From the NCBI GenBank assembly GCA_040954595.2, contig CM082593.2, forward strand, positions 2,329,830 through 2,393,829: DNA of 64,000 nucleotides, given 5' to 3'. Positions 39,829 to 53,750 of the stretch are shown here, in pieces. A model generated the notes under the pieces. The model did no database searches, was not told the DNA's origin, and saw nothing but the letters and a program-made list of their open reading frames with translations. The stretch comes from Balanoglossus misakiensis (lineage: Eukaryota > Animalia > Hemichordata). Within the stretch, counting starts at the first letter, position 1; each line of letters starts with the position of its first letter. A program made the position numbers and the translations under genes.

Positions 39829-42800
39829 ATGCCTCTTACGCAGATTTCAGTAATTCCAATGAAGGCTGAAGAGGGAGAATCTAACGTCGAGGGCACAAAT
39901 AAGGTGAGATATATACAGACTACATTTTACAGTAGGATCGACTCTAGGTAATAATTATATACACACAAGTTTTTTTTTCATCGGTGGTGTTTTGAAACGC
40001 TTATCATATATGATATGGTACAATACAACCTGTATCATGCGAACAACTTTACTGCCTCGGCAGGAAAGCTTATCAGTCACGCGGTTTGTGCACGTTGAGA
40101 AAATGTTGACATTGGTTATTTTAAGGTTTCATACATAACACCCAATTACAATAGATTAATACATTGGTGGGTTTCAGAAGCCTTGAAGTTGAACTGTTAT
40201 CAAATTAAGCCATTTCGAGAAGACATGCTGATGTCTTCCTGAGTGTAGTTTTATTGGGAAACTGTAGACTTCACTGATCACAAGACAATCTCCTGGTCTT
40301 CTTGTGCTGTGCTATTTGTTGTCAATGTTTGGATTGTAATTGTATGGGTACATTCTCAGCTTTTATCTTCCAACATATCAACACATCACCCTCCCACTTA
40401 GCAGAGTAGTTTGATCACGACTGAGATGTTGTGGCCCGATATTCAAACAAGAAGAGTCAAAATAAGGGGCCAAAACAAGAAAAACCTGTGTGTTTCTTAA
40501 ATACAAGACTTTGTGTTGATTTCAATTTTTCTTTTGTTTATGAATTGTAAATCATAAAATGTGAAATGATTGGAAGTAAATGTATTGCATCATTTATCTC
40601 TGTCTGTGTGCACCACAGAAACTCTTAGAAGCGTGCGTCAAATTTACATTTGAAAATGTAAACAAAAACAGGGCTGATGCTGAAACAAACAAACCCAGAG
40701 CAATCAGTCCTATCAGAATGTACGATGACCTTTGACCAGGCATCTTGACAGCAGAGCAATGGGACGGTGACAGGCGTATATTTCACCAGGATTTTATGGC
40801 AGAGTTTGTGCAGGGGTGTGCCATCTCTGTGACTGAAGTCAGGGCCACTGCTACAATAAAAATTAACCATGCCCCGCATCAAAACACATTGTCACATGAC
40901 CCACTTCTGTACAATGTATGTGAACCACAAAGTGCATCAGGCAAACAAAAGATCACCTGAAAAGAAATGAGGGTACCTGTCAGTCTGGTATAATATATTT
41001 AAACCTGCTAGTCCTGTATCACTGGGTCAGGTCCCTGGTTTTGTTGTATAGTAGGGTGTGGAAGGGGAATCTGGCATTTTTGTAATCACTTTGTCCTGCA
41101 GTAATCTTTATACTGGCTGGAATGCAAGATGAATGTGCCTTTGTTTTATTTACGATATTTGCTTTTGTTTGTTTTTTGGATTTTTGGGTCACCACTGTGG
41201 CCAGTACACCTACTTGTCAGGGTAGGTTCCAGGTAACCATGATATCAACACTGATTAGATCACATGATTTAATGGTCCTTGACTGGTGTATTGTTGGTAA
41301 ATAGCAAAACAGGTAGATCTAGACTTGAGGACCTAGTGTTTTGTTAATATGAACAGACTACCAATTCTTTCACTTTATATTATTGTCAGCATATGTGCCC
41401 AGACTTATTTTTTGTCTCGTGTTCAAATGGTGTGTTCTATGAGAAACAATGAATTGATCAATAAACATAAAATGGTTGATTTTGTATTATTGTTAGCGGA
41501 ACAATGAAACAAGCCAAAACTTGCCATTGCAATATATCATGATACATGTACATATACATTTTAATATTATTTATATATATTATACCAGACTTTCAAGTTG
41601 AAAGCAGTGGGACTGGACCATTTAATATTCAAATTGTAAATTCTGATCAGATGTACATGTACACATACTTCCACATGATTTCTTATTCAGTACTTGTAAG
41701 GTAATGCTTTGCGAAGTGATCATGCCAAGTCTTTGACTGAGTAACCTGGTGCCATCAATTTTGTGTTAACGGTGTTGTCATGCCACAGCCACCTAGACAG
41801 CGTGACTCACTCAAACACACGTGGCAACATCGTCCTAGATCTGTGGTTGAATGGGGGAGAGGGGGGACTTTCGGGGAGGGGGGACTTTCCGTGTGTAGGT
41901 CAAGTTGCACATCAGGCAGATTTCTATAATGTATTTTTTCAGGTAGAACATATACATTAGCCCTGTTACCCTGTACATGTACTGTCTATGGGCATCCTTG
42001 GAAAAGGTGTCAAAAAGTCAACAAACTCGGCTGATCTCATCTCAGAAGAGACCTATATGCTGAGTCATCCAAGGTTGCTGAACGGTCAGTCTTCAGGTCC
42101 TACTGGCACACTGAATAATGAATTTCTGTCCACACAGTAGCGCTTGAATACTTTGAGGGAAAGTCGGTTGGATCTCACACAGTGAAAGGAAAGGCCATTA
42201 TGTCACGGAGAAAGGCCAAGCATATCTCTCTTCATCTGATTTTCAATTTTGAATCTCTGCTCTAAGGAAAAGAGATGCAGAATTTAAAGTACCATGATAG
42301 TGGTACAAACAAGTAGACGAGCATGTTTAATACTGGTAGGAATATGCATATTTTAATACACATCAAATCAATACTATATGCCTTTTATGGGATCCCATTA
42401 TCAATTCATATCTTTGTACTTGTGCTTTAGAAAGGCCAGAATACCAGTTATTGATTTTACTGCAGAGATGTGGAATTGTATTCTTTGTGATCGAGTTTTA
42501 ATCAGTGTCCATATTTCTGATGATTGGCCACATAGCTTTTGTGTTGGTACATTGTATACGTACGCAGATGTTTGGACTGGTCACAGTTTTTGTGTGTGTT
42601 GGTATTTAAGATTTTAGGCAAATGTCAAGTCATCATCAATTTCAAAAGGATAGCTGTCTGTTTCTGGTTTCAATATTTCGATTGCCTGTCATACCCACAA
42701 TTATATCTGTCACTGCTGTATCAAGTCCTTGTACACAGATATCAGCCCCTCAGTTTATGAAGTTTACAGGTCAAGGGTCACCAGTTCCCCCCTCAGCCTA

Positions 42801-45800
42801 TGACGTTTCAGGTCAAAGGTCATCTGTGGCCAGCGGTGCTGACTACAGCTTCCCCACCAAATGGATGTCTCATTACTACAGAATACAGTCCCTGTCTAAC
42901 ATTTGCCAAAGTTCAATACATTGCATTGAAAGGTATTTTTCTCATTTACTTATTTGAATGAAGTGGTTGTTTTAAGGCACTTTGGATGGCGAAAGAGATT
43001 GAAAGAATCCCTGCAGTTGTCATCACTGCTAATGGATAAAGTGCCAGATGGCGCAAACCGCTTTCTTTAAGAGTTAATTTCCATGGCAACCTGGAAATAA
43101 AGCTAAGGATATGTGATGAATATACCTTTTATCATCTTGAAGAGATTTGGTTGCAAATCTAATTTACCCTCTTTTTAGTCTTAGAAAGTTGGATATGCTT
43201 GTAAGACACTGTCTTTGTAACCATATGTTGTATGTAGATCTACAGTTGGCATCATTCACATTGTCATCTATCTCCTGCAGTGAACTAGGCTTATGAAATT
43301 TTGGCAGATATTTTAGAGCACATGAGGATAGTATACCCAGAGATATTTTTGGTATTCTGTGGATGATATGATCAGAAGAGCCAAAAAGTGAAAAAAATGA
43401 CTCACGGATAAAAGTCAGTCTGAGTTGTGCTATTTTATTTATTTGCAGGAAATATATATGTAGGGTAGGTCCAAAAGTCAAATGACTCAGCTGATGATGC
43501 AACATGGAATACCTGTGGAATTTTAATTCTGAAACCGTTCTGGACTCACAGACAGACACACTGACAGACAGACAAAGACACCCCCACATACAGTGGTACA
43601 TTTCTTTCAAACATATCAGTTAACTATTTGGTGCAACCCAGCTATGGTTCTCAACCGTACACAGCATCAAGTGAATTTCAAACTCATGATACATTGGACT
43701 TTAAACTCACATGATAAATTGCACGGCCATTAATGTTCTGCATATTTTAATTAAAACATTTCAAAGTCTCTATAAACTGTTTATGGATACCACAAACACC
43801 ACCTTAAGGCCCAAGTGCCCTTAAATGTTTTATCTATATAAGCCTTTTCATCAATTTAAGTGGTTTTTGCTTTTAGTTCGCAGTCCAAGGCCAACAGAAA
43901 ATGACACAGCTAGTGGTCATGTAGAAGAATAATACCTTTATTCATCAACAAATTTGAAAGGTGTACGGTTAGAAAAACGGGTAAAGGTCAGGTATTATAT
44001 TAGTTTGCTAAGGTGTGGAAATAAACCCACCTACTGATCAATAGTGATGGTTGCTTAAATTTTAAAGCAGGACAAAGTTTGTTAAAAATCAGTAATACAC
44101 TAAGATGTCCCTTTTGGAAAGGAAAGGTGTCAAGGTACTGTGAAAATGAAGTTAACGTTAACACTGTCAAGGTCAGCCGATCTCCAGAAACCTCACGGTA
44201 TAAATTTCAGGATCTCATCAAAAATCATGTGTTTCAATGCCCCTTCCACAAGTGTTCACTGATGCAGTCATTTATATTTTTGTACCTAACTCACGCAACA
44301 TGACACATTGAGGGGAAAAATTGAAGGACTCTGTATGATCAGACGTCATCGTGTCCCGACAGAATTAAAGTCTTGGGTGGTTACAGCTACTGTGATTTAT
44401 TTCACAAAACCAGATCGCATATTAATGTGTATGCGATTAAACTTTGAACTTCATTTCATTGAATTATTGCATCATTTGCAGTGGGGTAATCACCAGTAAA
44501 CGATGGAAAAGCAGACGACTAATTAAATGGTACATGTATGTTGTATTGTGACATTATGTAATTGTTTGTTCAGAAATTAAACCTAGCTGTTAGGAGGTCA
44601 TTTTATTTTGCATTAGTCAGCAGAATTGTATTGTATTGAATCAAGTGTCATCTACATTTATTAAACCTCAGATATGAATATCAATTATGTTTTAGTGCAG
44701 GCATTGCTACTGTTTTATTTGGCGAATATTTTTGTTTTTGATCATCTGGTTCTGCTGTGGTTTGATGTTTTCATAAAACGTTACCAGTTGATGGTATATA
44801 AATAGTGTCTGGGCAGGAAGGCAGATGTTTCTCATCTGCTGCGACAGTTCATGATTTGTTATTGCCAATTCAATACCTTGTGAATTTTTCTTTGTGGAAT
44901 CACACGTAGTTACCTGTCTATTTCTGTAACGAGGTCCAAATTTCTGTGAGAAATTGTTCAATTTGTCCACAAACAGGGCAAGCCGAATTGAAATGTGTTA
45001 ACAGCAGTGGTATTTTACTTTGAAGATTATGTTTCCTCCAAGGAATATTCAGTGAACTGCCTGAAAATGATGTATTTTAATATTCCCTGCATGATAGTGA
45101 AGCAATGTTGTATGTAATTGAGGCATGTTCTTGGCATATATAAGAATGAGATTGGGTCGTCGCAGGTCAGAAGAAATCTAATTGTAACCATAGCAACCCG
45201 TTGATAAATTGTTTCACTATGGAAATGTAATCGCTTTCGATGCAAGTCTGGTACTGAGGCGTATAGCCAACCACGCATTCTTGTTTTGGGGGATTTATTA
45301 TTTAATACAAAGTATATCCACAATAAGTAGATTTGACAAATGTGTGATGTAATGCTGCAAATTTCTGAATACTGCCAACACGTTCTTTTAGGGCATGATG
45401 TGTGTCTGCCTCAATTTTGCGATTATTATTAATGTGTGTTTTTTTGTCCTGTGTGACTTGGGGCAGCGTTTATTTTGCAGATTAATTTTCCAAACATCTT
45501 ATCAGCGCCAGCTCCCTGTTGATGCCATGCATGCCCGCTCGCATATCTGGAAATCTTGATATTCATTGCAAGTAACAGGGAAATTCTCCCAGCATGCGAA
45601 TTCATGATACGAGATCGTGCCCGCATACATGTACTTACTGGTAAACAAAAACCCACAGTACATCACTTCTGCTTGGGGAGATTTTCAATATGACAGCTCC
45701 AAATGGATGAGAAAAGTCGATTTAGCTCATGGCAGTCCTGCAGGCTGCCGGTACAAATGTCCATGTTTTTCTGAGAATGAGAAAATGCTTGGCTGGTTGC

Positions 45801-47631
45801 CGATATAGCTATCACTCCTTTCTTGGAAGACAAATTTGACTCATAACATGCCACTTGCTATTAAGATGTTCACAAACAAAGATAAGATGTTTTTACTCTC
45901 AGTGATTGAAATCTGTTGTGTGAGCAAATCACATGACATTTTGAACCCCCTCCCCCCAGACAGATCTTTATTAGTTGTTGTCCGCGTTTTACGAAACGAC
46001 AGAAAGTTTTGTTTGCCGATAGTCTTCTGCTGTACATTGTGCATCTGTGATTTGAGAGTGTTGTCATCTGAGTCAACACAGACGCCTGTGTTCAGTCAAC
46101 AAAGATGGGGTAGTGCTGAGTTGATGATGTGGACATTACATCTTTAATGGCAGGATTGGTTTCAAATTGTTATTGACAAAGTGCTGTGCCACTGGTCTGA
46201 TAAGATTTATGGCGTTCGGGTCAACTAAGGTTACGTATGTGTGTGTGGAATGGCTTGTGCTTTGCATGGTAATAGCTTCTGTGAGTTCAGTACAGACACA
46301 GTCACTCCACAAGATAACTTTTCCCCTTTCAACCCACTACTTTGATCAATTGCTTGGAATTGTGTGTCTGGGGAAATTCAGGTGCACTGTTAAATATGGT
46401 TCTTTTATAACAGGAAAAATCTCATTCCTTGTTGCAGAACTCCGATGTGAGTCGCCCAGGAACTGCACCCACCATAACCATGACACGAGAAACAATCAAA
46501 CGGCTGCCATGCAAGAGCAAATCAATGGGCGCCATCCAGAGAATGTCTATGGACAGTATAGAGTATATCACCACAGACAGGCACGAAAAAATCACGGAAT
46601 CCAAACCACCCTCCTGTCCGCAATCCAGGTGTCAGTCGTCAGTCTCAATGGTCTCATCCAATGCCGACATCTGTCGTATATGCCACTGCGAGGGAGATAA
46701 TGAGCTACCTTTGATTTCGCCGTGTCTCTGCACCGGAAGTCTGAAATTTGTCCACCAGCAATGCCTTCAACAGTGGATTAAAAGCTCTGATATAAAAAAC
46801 TGTGAACTGTGCAAATTTGAGTTCTTTATGCAGTCGAAGCTTAAGCCCATCGGAAAGGTACGTGTTTCGCTGAATTTCTTCTCTTCCCTCCTTTGCAAAG
46901 TTCATCCAGCTATCTTTAGATGCAAACCTTAAATGTCAACCCCATCACTGCTGCAGTAATAGCATTTTCCATGTTTCTTAAAGATCAAGTATAATTTGAT
47001 GGCAGTATTCAATTATGGTAAAACGTTTAATTCATGGAAAAATGCAGATCGTGTTACATACACGTGAAGGTAAAACCAATTTAGTTAGAAATTTTAAGTG
47101 TATTGCCTATAAAACACTACATAGATTGATAATTCATCCTTCCTTTAAAAATAGAATACCAAGAAGTTGAGTATTAGGCATCACAATTCTCTGATACATA
47201 TTTTTTTTCTGTATCATGTATTTCAGTGGGAGAAGCTTGAGATGTCGTCAAGTGAAAGGAGAAAGATTATGTGTTCGGTATCATTTCACATCATAGCAAT
47301 CACATGCGTGGTGTGGTCGTTGTACGTTCTCATCGACCGCACCACAGAGGAAATACGTCAGGGGGCCTTGGAGTGGCCGTTCTGGACGAAACTTGTGGTG
47401 GTGGCGATTGGCTTCACGGGCGGCCTGGTGTTCATGTACGTGCAGTGCAAGGTCTACGTTCAGCTGTGGCGGCGACTGAAGGCGTATAATCGCGTCATTT
47501 ACGTGCAGACCTGCCCGGAGGAAAAACGAGCCGAACTGATGGTACAGAAGAAGTTGGGGGAGAATCACGTGAAGGAGAAAGTGCAGGCCAGCCAGAGTAA
47601 CAACGACCCCCAGGCAGAAGTGGCTTTGTGA
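39829..47631 (+). CDS. MARCHF8: Membrane-associated RING-CH E3 ubiquitin ligase MARCH8/MARCH1-like; exons 39829-39903, 46438-46857, 47227-47631
   Basis: N-terminus [10 protein letters not shown] (vertebrate MARCH8 has MPLHQISAIP, recalled), RINGv [40 protein letters not shown], two TM helices and [39 protein letters not shown]. Confidence 0.93.
41802..41890. promoter_or_regulatory. Candidate intronic enhancer: tandem NF-kB-like sites plus AP-1 and E-box motifs
   Basis: GGGACTTTCG (41864-41873) and a perfect GGGACTTTCC (41881-41890), TGACTCA at 41802, CACGTG at ~41818. Confidence 0.45.
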
Positions 47632-50600
47632 ACATTTACAGGAATTTAAGAAAAATGGAACCTTTTTACGTCAATGATTGAACATTATATTACCACATTG
47701 ATGCATTTATTGGACTCACTCTGTCGTGCAAACAAACAGTGCAGCATTGGATTGCTGTACTTTCTGTGTTCATGTGGCAGAGATTTTTCCTCGGTTTTAA
47801 CGGGGAATTGAACTCTGAAAGACTGTGTAGTACAGAGTACGCACCATACTGTGGAAATGAGAGTAGGAAGCACAATCTTGAATCTAAGTGTACACAACAA
47901 GTTGGCGATGATGATGCCTCGATGCAGACTAGCCAGGAAATGGACAATCACAAACGACCTTGAAGGTGGACCCCCAGTGCCTGTCTTGTAGTGATCATTG
48001 GAACAAGGCATCCCATCCAATCAAATTGTTGCTTAAATCCCGCAAAAACAAAAAAGGTTGACATTAATCATCTTGACAGAACCTTGGTTATTACTATTTA
48101 TATTATGATAGTCATACTCTAAGTTGTGAATGTTGCGAAACTAATTGGCAGTTGACAAGCTCTGCCTGTCCCTCATAGATGTTGGTTCCAACCACACCCT
48201 GGGGATGAAGACCAACGGAAAACGTGATGAGATCGTTCGGGGATCTTTATCGTAGTTTAGAACAGTTTTACCTACTGGTACCATGGTGATAACTGAAGTT
48301 AATATTCTGTTAGAAAAAACTTAAACCAGTAAGGTTAAAAATGCAGCAGACTTGTGTTTTTTATTCAAATCTGCGACAATTTGACGATGTCTGCCCAATA
48401 AGTGAAAAGATGTGACACTGAGATATGGCAGATCAGTTCAGAGTCATCGAGGCAAACAGTCTTGACAATCACTGTCTCTCTCCCCCTCTTTCCACAAAAC
48501 AGATATACCCGCACAAGAGCATTCTGTACTTACACATAGTGTAGGACAAAAAATATTGTGAAAATCTCTCTGATTAGTTTGTACAAAGCTATCCAAAACA
48601 ATATATTTGTAACCTAAGAAATATGCAGTGGCTATTTTAAAAGTATAGAAAACCCTGACATTTTGTACATTCAAGCTCACAAAATATAATAATTATAAAT
48701 TCTTAAACCTGTAAATATGCTGTTTACCATTATGTAAAAATCTCATGGGGTATATAAATATGAAGTGTGAAATGCCTTTGCTCTGCCACAACCATATTTT
48801 ATAGTGTATTGATCATTAATATTAATTTGGACATTTTTTCCAACATAATTACCTTGCGGTGTTAATCTGCTGAGGATATTTATCACACTGTAACTTTAAA
48901 TTTTAATGGTACTTTACATGTCAGCTCTTATTGGCTGAGGAAACAAAACATATATCTAACATGCTTTACTGTTATCCAATGAGAGGCTGCCATTCAAATT
49001 TTGAGTCATGTGACTTGTAAGTGTACAGTTTTGTCTGGAAGTGATTGCATATGAACTGTGCATTTTAATTACTGTATAAGCACTTGTATGAAAATTGGCA
49101 AGCAGGCAGATAACCGTTATTCACATGATCATTTACTCGTGAAAGAGTGACTCAAAGATCTGGGCAGTGGCAGACTGGAGACTTTATATCATTGAACTAG
49201 GGTGCCTTGCTAATCTTCCCATTTGGCTAGACTAGGGGGTCACTTCTGCCTTGCGTCAATGTCTGTCACTCATGAGACGCTGGATTCATTTCTTTTATTA
49301 AGGGGGAATGAGAAAGTAAAAACTGTACGTCTTTTAAATGATGTCTTTAGTTTTAATCAAATCACCAAAAGAAAAACTTGTATGTCATAATATTGTATAG
49401 TATTTGTAGATATGGTTTTGAGTAAAAATATGTAAAACATGTTTTATAAGTAATAAGTGCTATACCAAACATTTATACTTTTGAGCTTTACTGAAACTAA
49501 TCATTTTAATATTGATGAGAAAAGTTGAATGGGGCAATACTTTGACATTTGCTGTAAAATTTGCTGCTACTTGTGCATTTGCGAGCTTTTATGGATTGTT
49601 TAGAGTTGCAATGGTCTTTTTATTTTGCAAAATAAAACAAGATGTTTATGGGAGTGAAATACAAAATGGAGGAAGAGACAGTATCAGCACTGCGCCAGAT
49701 TTACTGTAAAAATGTTGGTATTTTCATCAGATTTTATTTTCAAGTGAAGCAATGTGGGATACAAATTGCAGGTAGTCCTTGCACACAGGAAATATACAAG
49801 TATTTCAGTATTATTATTCAAGTAGTTAAATAGACCCAGGGATACATATCAGATCAGTTTCATCTTCATCAGCAATCCGTCGTTCATTCATTGTTGTCAT
49901 GGAAATCAAGTTCCTAACTCAGCTTTTGGTCATTCACCGCTGCATGGCAGTGTAGGCAGTAAACTGTAAACTTTTTGTTTCAAAGATTTTTGAAATCAAG
50001 GCCCTTTAAGTGGGATGGTCTTCTGAACTGCACATGTGACTTTTTAGTATACTGGAATGCCCAGTTTTCATCTTGTCATTACAGTCTACATATTTGTAAT
50101 AACCAATATTGTTTACTGCTATACTGTCTCATCAGGTGTACATTATTCAATAAAGTGACCAAAATGGAATGGGGAGCTCTTGTGGAAGTTATACCTCAAA
50201 CATTGAACTCATTGCATGTCAACACAGCCTGTATATGTATTATCATAGACACTGCAAAACCCCTGTATCTACTGGCTACCATGTGTGGATAAAAATGGTA
50301 GCAATAACAATATACAACAGAAGTTGGTTGCTATAAAGAAAACAATCATGAGCATTCTAGTTTGTGTCCCTGAAAAAAAATTTTCTGAATGAAATCTCAC
50401 TGAACCCTGACAATTGTATCAATTTGATTAAGGAAATGACGTGATTTTAGGGTTGACCACATCCCCTGACCTTGGGCCAATGTTAACATTCACGCCTGCA
50501 CTAAACAAAGGCTCCTTGACCTTTTCTTCCAAAGGTCAAGTGAGCATGGCCAGTTTGATTATAGCTGCAGTGGTTTGACACAGACAAGGGTGAAATTGTC

Positions 50601-50948
50601 TGTGGCTGCATGGCTATTTCAAAAGACTCAGACTCCTAGTGTCATCACTGCTGTCCAACAATAAGCTAAAGTATGCCTGCATTGTTCTTTTATTTCATAT
50701 TGTCTCTAAATCAGACCAAAGTCTTGGCTCACGCCAGACTCTTTGTAAACTGTCACGTATACTTGTTGCTGATGTATATACAGTAGTCAGTTTATTTCCC
50801 AGAATGTGTGTTGTGTAGAGAAATCCTTGAACATCTATGGTCAGTCATGTCAGCCTGGTTTCACAACAGGTATCAGGGTTGGTACATATCATCACAAGAG
50901 GGCGCACTTAAGGTCTGACGAGCACTATGTATATTTCTTGGTCATAGT

Positions 50949-52398
50949 TCAGTGTCTTCTCTTTTTACTCATTTCTTTGATATAATCAAACAATTTTGAG
51001 GAATCAGTCTCTCCAACTCTTATCATCTGCTGCAAGGCAAGAGCTTGTTCAAATGAACTCCAAAAGTCTTCTGGCCACATATAGAAACTGTAAAGAAAGA
51101 CAAAAACATGGTTATCAACAAAGACTATTTTTTCTTTATGGCTATATGGATAGATGTTCTTCAGATCAACATTGTGATACTCACTCTTCTGATATGGATA
51201 CATCACTTCTGTCACCATAGGATACATCTGGTGCAGGACATCCCATGTGGTTGTAAGCCCCAAAATGAGGGGTTGGAGGTGGTGATGCAGGGTCCTTGGC
51301 GTGTTTAGCTTCTGCTTCGAGTCTCTCGTTCACTTTATCGCATACGTGGCACTCAAAACTAGAGATGAAATCATCTTTCCCGACCTCATCATCGTGCCAC
51401 GACCGTTTTGTCATGTGATCAATCAAGAACTGGTTTGTGATGCCGTCTTCTTTAAATTTCAAGTACTCTGAGTATTCTTTGTCGTCTTGATCCAGGGATG
51501 TGATGAACTCGGCCAGTTTCTGTGGAGATTCAAAGTCTTCCATCATGATGATGGACTTGTCGTTTGGCATCCAGTCTCTGGCTTTGGGGGAACCCCAATA
51601 AATCGGCACTGAGCCGACATGCAGAGGGCGGAACAACTTCTCTGTCATGTAGTCGTCGCAGATGGCGTTTTCAAACGCCAAGTGAAATTTATATCGCGAG
51701 ATCAAGTTTAAGAAATCTTGCCGATGCATTGTCAGCGTGTCCTTGAGTTCATCTGGAAGCTCTTTATTGTTAAGACATTCACCATATGAATCGATTTTGA
51801 TGTATTTCATGAGTTCTCTGACGTACCGGTCCCTGTCTGACGCCACGTTGCAATGAGACTGGACATACAACACTGGGGCCAGGTTTTCTGTGTCTTTCAG
51901 TCGGCTTTTGGTCTCCAGGGGTACTGGTTTCCTGACTGTTAAATGGTCCAGTGATCTGATCGGCAGCGAGGTTAGCGGGAAGTCGGACTCCCGGCGGAAC
52001 GTGGCCGTGTGATTGAACTGCTGGATCATTGGCTTGTGTGACAAGATGTAGTTATTCATTGGGGATTCCTCGTGGAGCAAGGCCCATTCGTGATGTGCCA
52101 GTCTCGGCAGAGGAGCTTCATCCCCACGGAAATCAGTCCCGTAGAAGATTATACCCCTTGTCATCGGATTTTTCAGCTTCTTCTTGTCCTTTGTCGCTAC
52201 ACACGAGCCTCTGTTACAATTTATGACATCACTATCCCCGTTAAAGTGAGGAAATAGACTGTCAGTCCACCATAACACGATTGGCATTGAGTTGTTTCTT
52301 GATGAAAACACAGGATTAACTTTGGGTAGGAACGCGTCGCCCGTGTCCGCTCCTATTTGGCTTGCAAACAACAATATCACGCACAGAGTGTTCATCAT
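50949..52398 (-). CDS. FUT11: GT10 fucosyltransferase FUT11 (POFUT4)-like; exons 52398-51185 and 51087-50949
   Basis: HEWALLHEESPMNN, FNHTATFRRESDFPL, YVQSHCNVASDRDRYVRELMKYIKIDSYGECL, YKFHLAFENAICDDYMTEKL. A short GTGAG..TACAG intron restores the frame to FYMWPEDFW. Signal-type start MMNTLCVILLF. Confidence 0.92.
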
Positions 52399-52583
52399 TT
52401 TTACACTTTCGTTTAGCTCTATACTTACTTGACTTGGTTTCTGCACTTCGAGATGTCGGAATGATGAAATAACCCAAATAACAACAAAGTTTCGGGTTGT
52501 TCCACCAAACCCGGAAGTAACAGACGACTTTTCCAAACTTTCCGTATTACCCGACATCCTTTGCGAGTGACACCGAGCTCAAG
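52399..52583. promoter_or_regulatory. Compact bidirectional promoter between FUT11 and MRPS24
   Basis: Head-to-head ATGs about 185 bp apart. ETS/GABP-like CCGGAAGT at ~52511 and YY1-like AAGATGGC over the MRPS24 start. Confidence 0.7.
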
Positions 52584-53750
52584 ATGGCTGCGACCACGAG
52601 AATGCTCCCATTGAAGGTAAACCAATGTTTATTCTGCGCTGTTTCGTTTGAAAGCATGCTGATAAATCGACACTCTTATTTCAGATGAAAGCACTCTGTA
52701 CTTTAACTTGCAAGGGCACTCATAATGATACGTCAATCAAAGCCGTTGAATGATGATCTGATCCTATGTGTGCACATGCATGTGTATTTCTCATCATCAT
52801 TCGAATGATGGAGCTAGCTAACCTCCATGTTCGAATGGAGAGGTCAGTGTTTAAACTATTTCTGATCCGTTCACCGAGTCAAAATCACTTGAACATGCGA
52901 GTTGCGTTAGGTTTGTTTCCGCAAGCATCGTCTTCTACTCGGTTGTGCACGTGCACGTACTCAGTGCCACTAGGAGGGCTGAGTGGAAAAGCCGTCGCCC
53001 GAGGGCGCTCGCTGCGCCCCTCCATCGACATGCCAATACACTACTTCGTGTTCAGTTGACTTTAATAAATGATGTCAGAGCTTACAGGGCAAAGCCATTT
53101 TTGTCAGGGGTAGTGACAGTGTGTTAATTTCAGATCACCCTCTCTGATAAAATTCCAGGAGATTCTACTACGACAGTGTCATCGGCAGACTATACTACAG
53201 GTAACAAGGCATTTACACACCACCACAGTATGCTGCAAGAAGAAAGCTGGCCATGTCAAAGTAGGGAAAGGTCACAAACCAGTCACATATGAAGAAGCCA
53301 ACCCACCGTATAGGATTGGAGTCAGAAAGAGTTGGAATTCTTTACATACAGGTTTGTATTTTCAAGTGTGCTATGCTACATAGCTTGTACTGTACATGCA
53401 TATCAACAATTTAATGTATTATGAAATTTTATCTGGAAACTGATTTCTGTTTCTTTTTTATTCCAGCAAATTTGCATGAAGAAGAAGGAGGCCCGGAACG
53501 GACAGTGGAAGACATGTTTATTCGGAAATTTATTTTTGGAACGTTTCACAACACTCTTGGTGCAGAGACTATAGTCAAAAGACGGGCAAATCAGATTATC
53601 ATTTGCCTGGTCCTAAAACGAATGATTGCCCCAGGAAAGATTTATTTCCTCACTGCATATTCAGAAGCTCTGCTTTCCTATTGGTTGAAAAGTATCGTGA
53701 AATTAGAAGTCCAAGTTGTAGATGATGTGCCAATATACAAATGGCTGTAA
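52584..53750 (+). CDS. MRPS24: Mitochondrial ribosomal protein S24 (uS3m); exons 52584-52616, 53159-53351, 53467-53750
   Basis: [76 protein letters not shown]-terminal IYKWL. Confidence 0.93.
52745..53110 (+). ncRNA. Candidate structured intronic non-coding RNA (family unassigned) in MRPS24 intron 1
   Basis: Several nested stems found by eye (see finding) and a higher GC content than neighbouring introns. Confidence 0.4.

Noticed and set aside
51088-51184. Apparent frameshift or premature stop at the end of FUT11
   Set aside because: A short canonical GTGAG...TACAG intron restores the frame.
52399-52557. N-terminal extension of the 458-aa FUT11 ORF
   Set aside because: It runs through the bidirectional promoter. 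The signal-like MMNTLCV start at 52398 is more plausible.
52818-52824. CTAACCT as a telomerase RNA template within the structured intron
   Set aside because: Only 6 nt match (CCCTAA)n with no alignment region, it lies inside a predicted stem, and I found no clear pseudoknot or P6.1.
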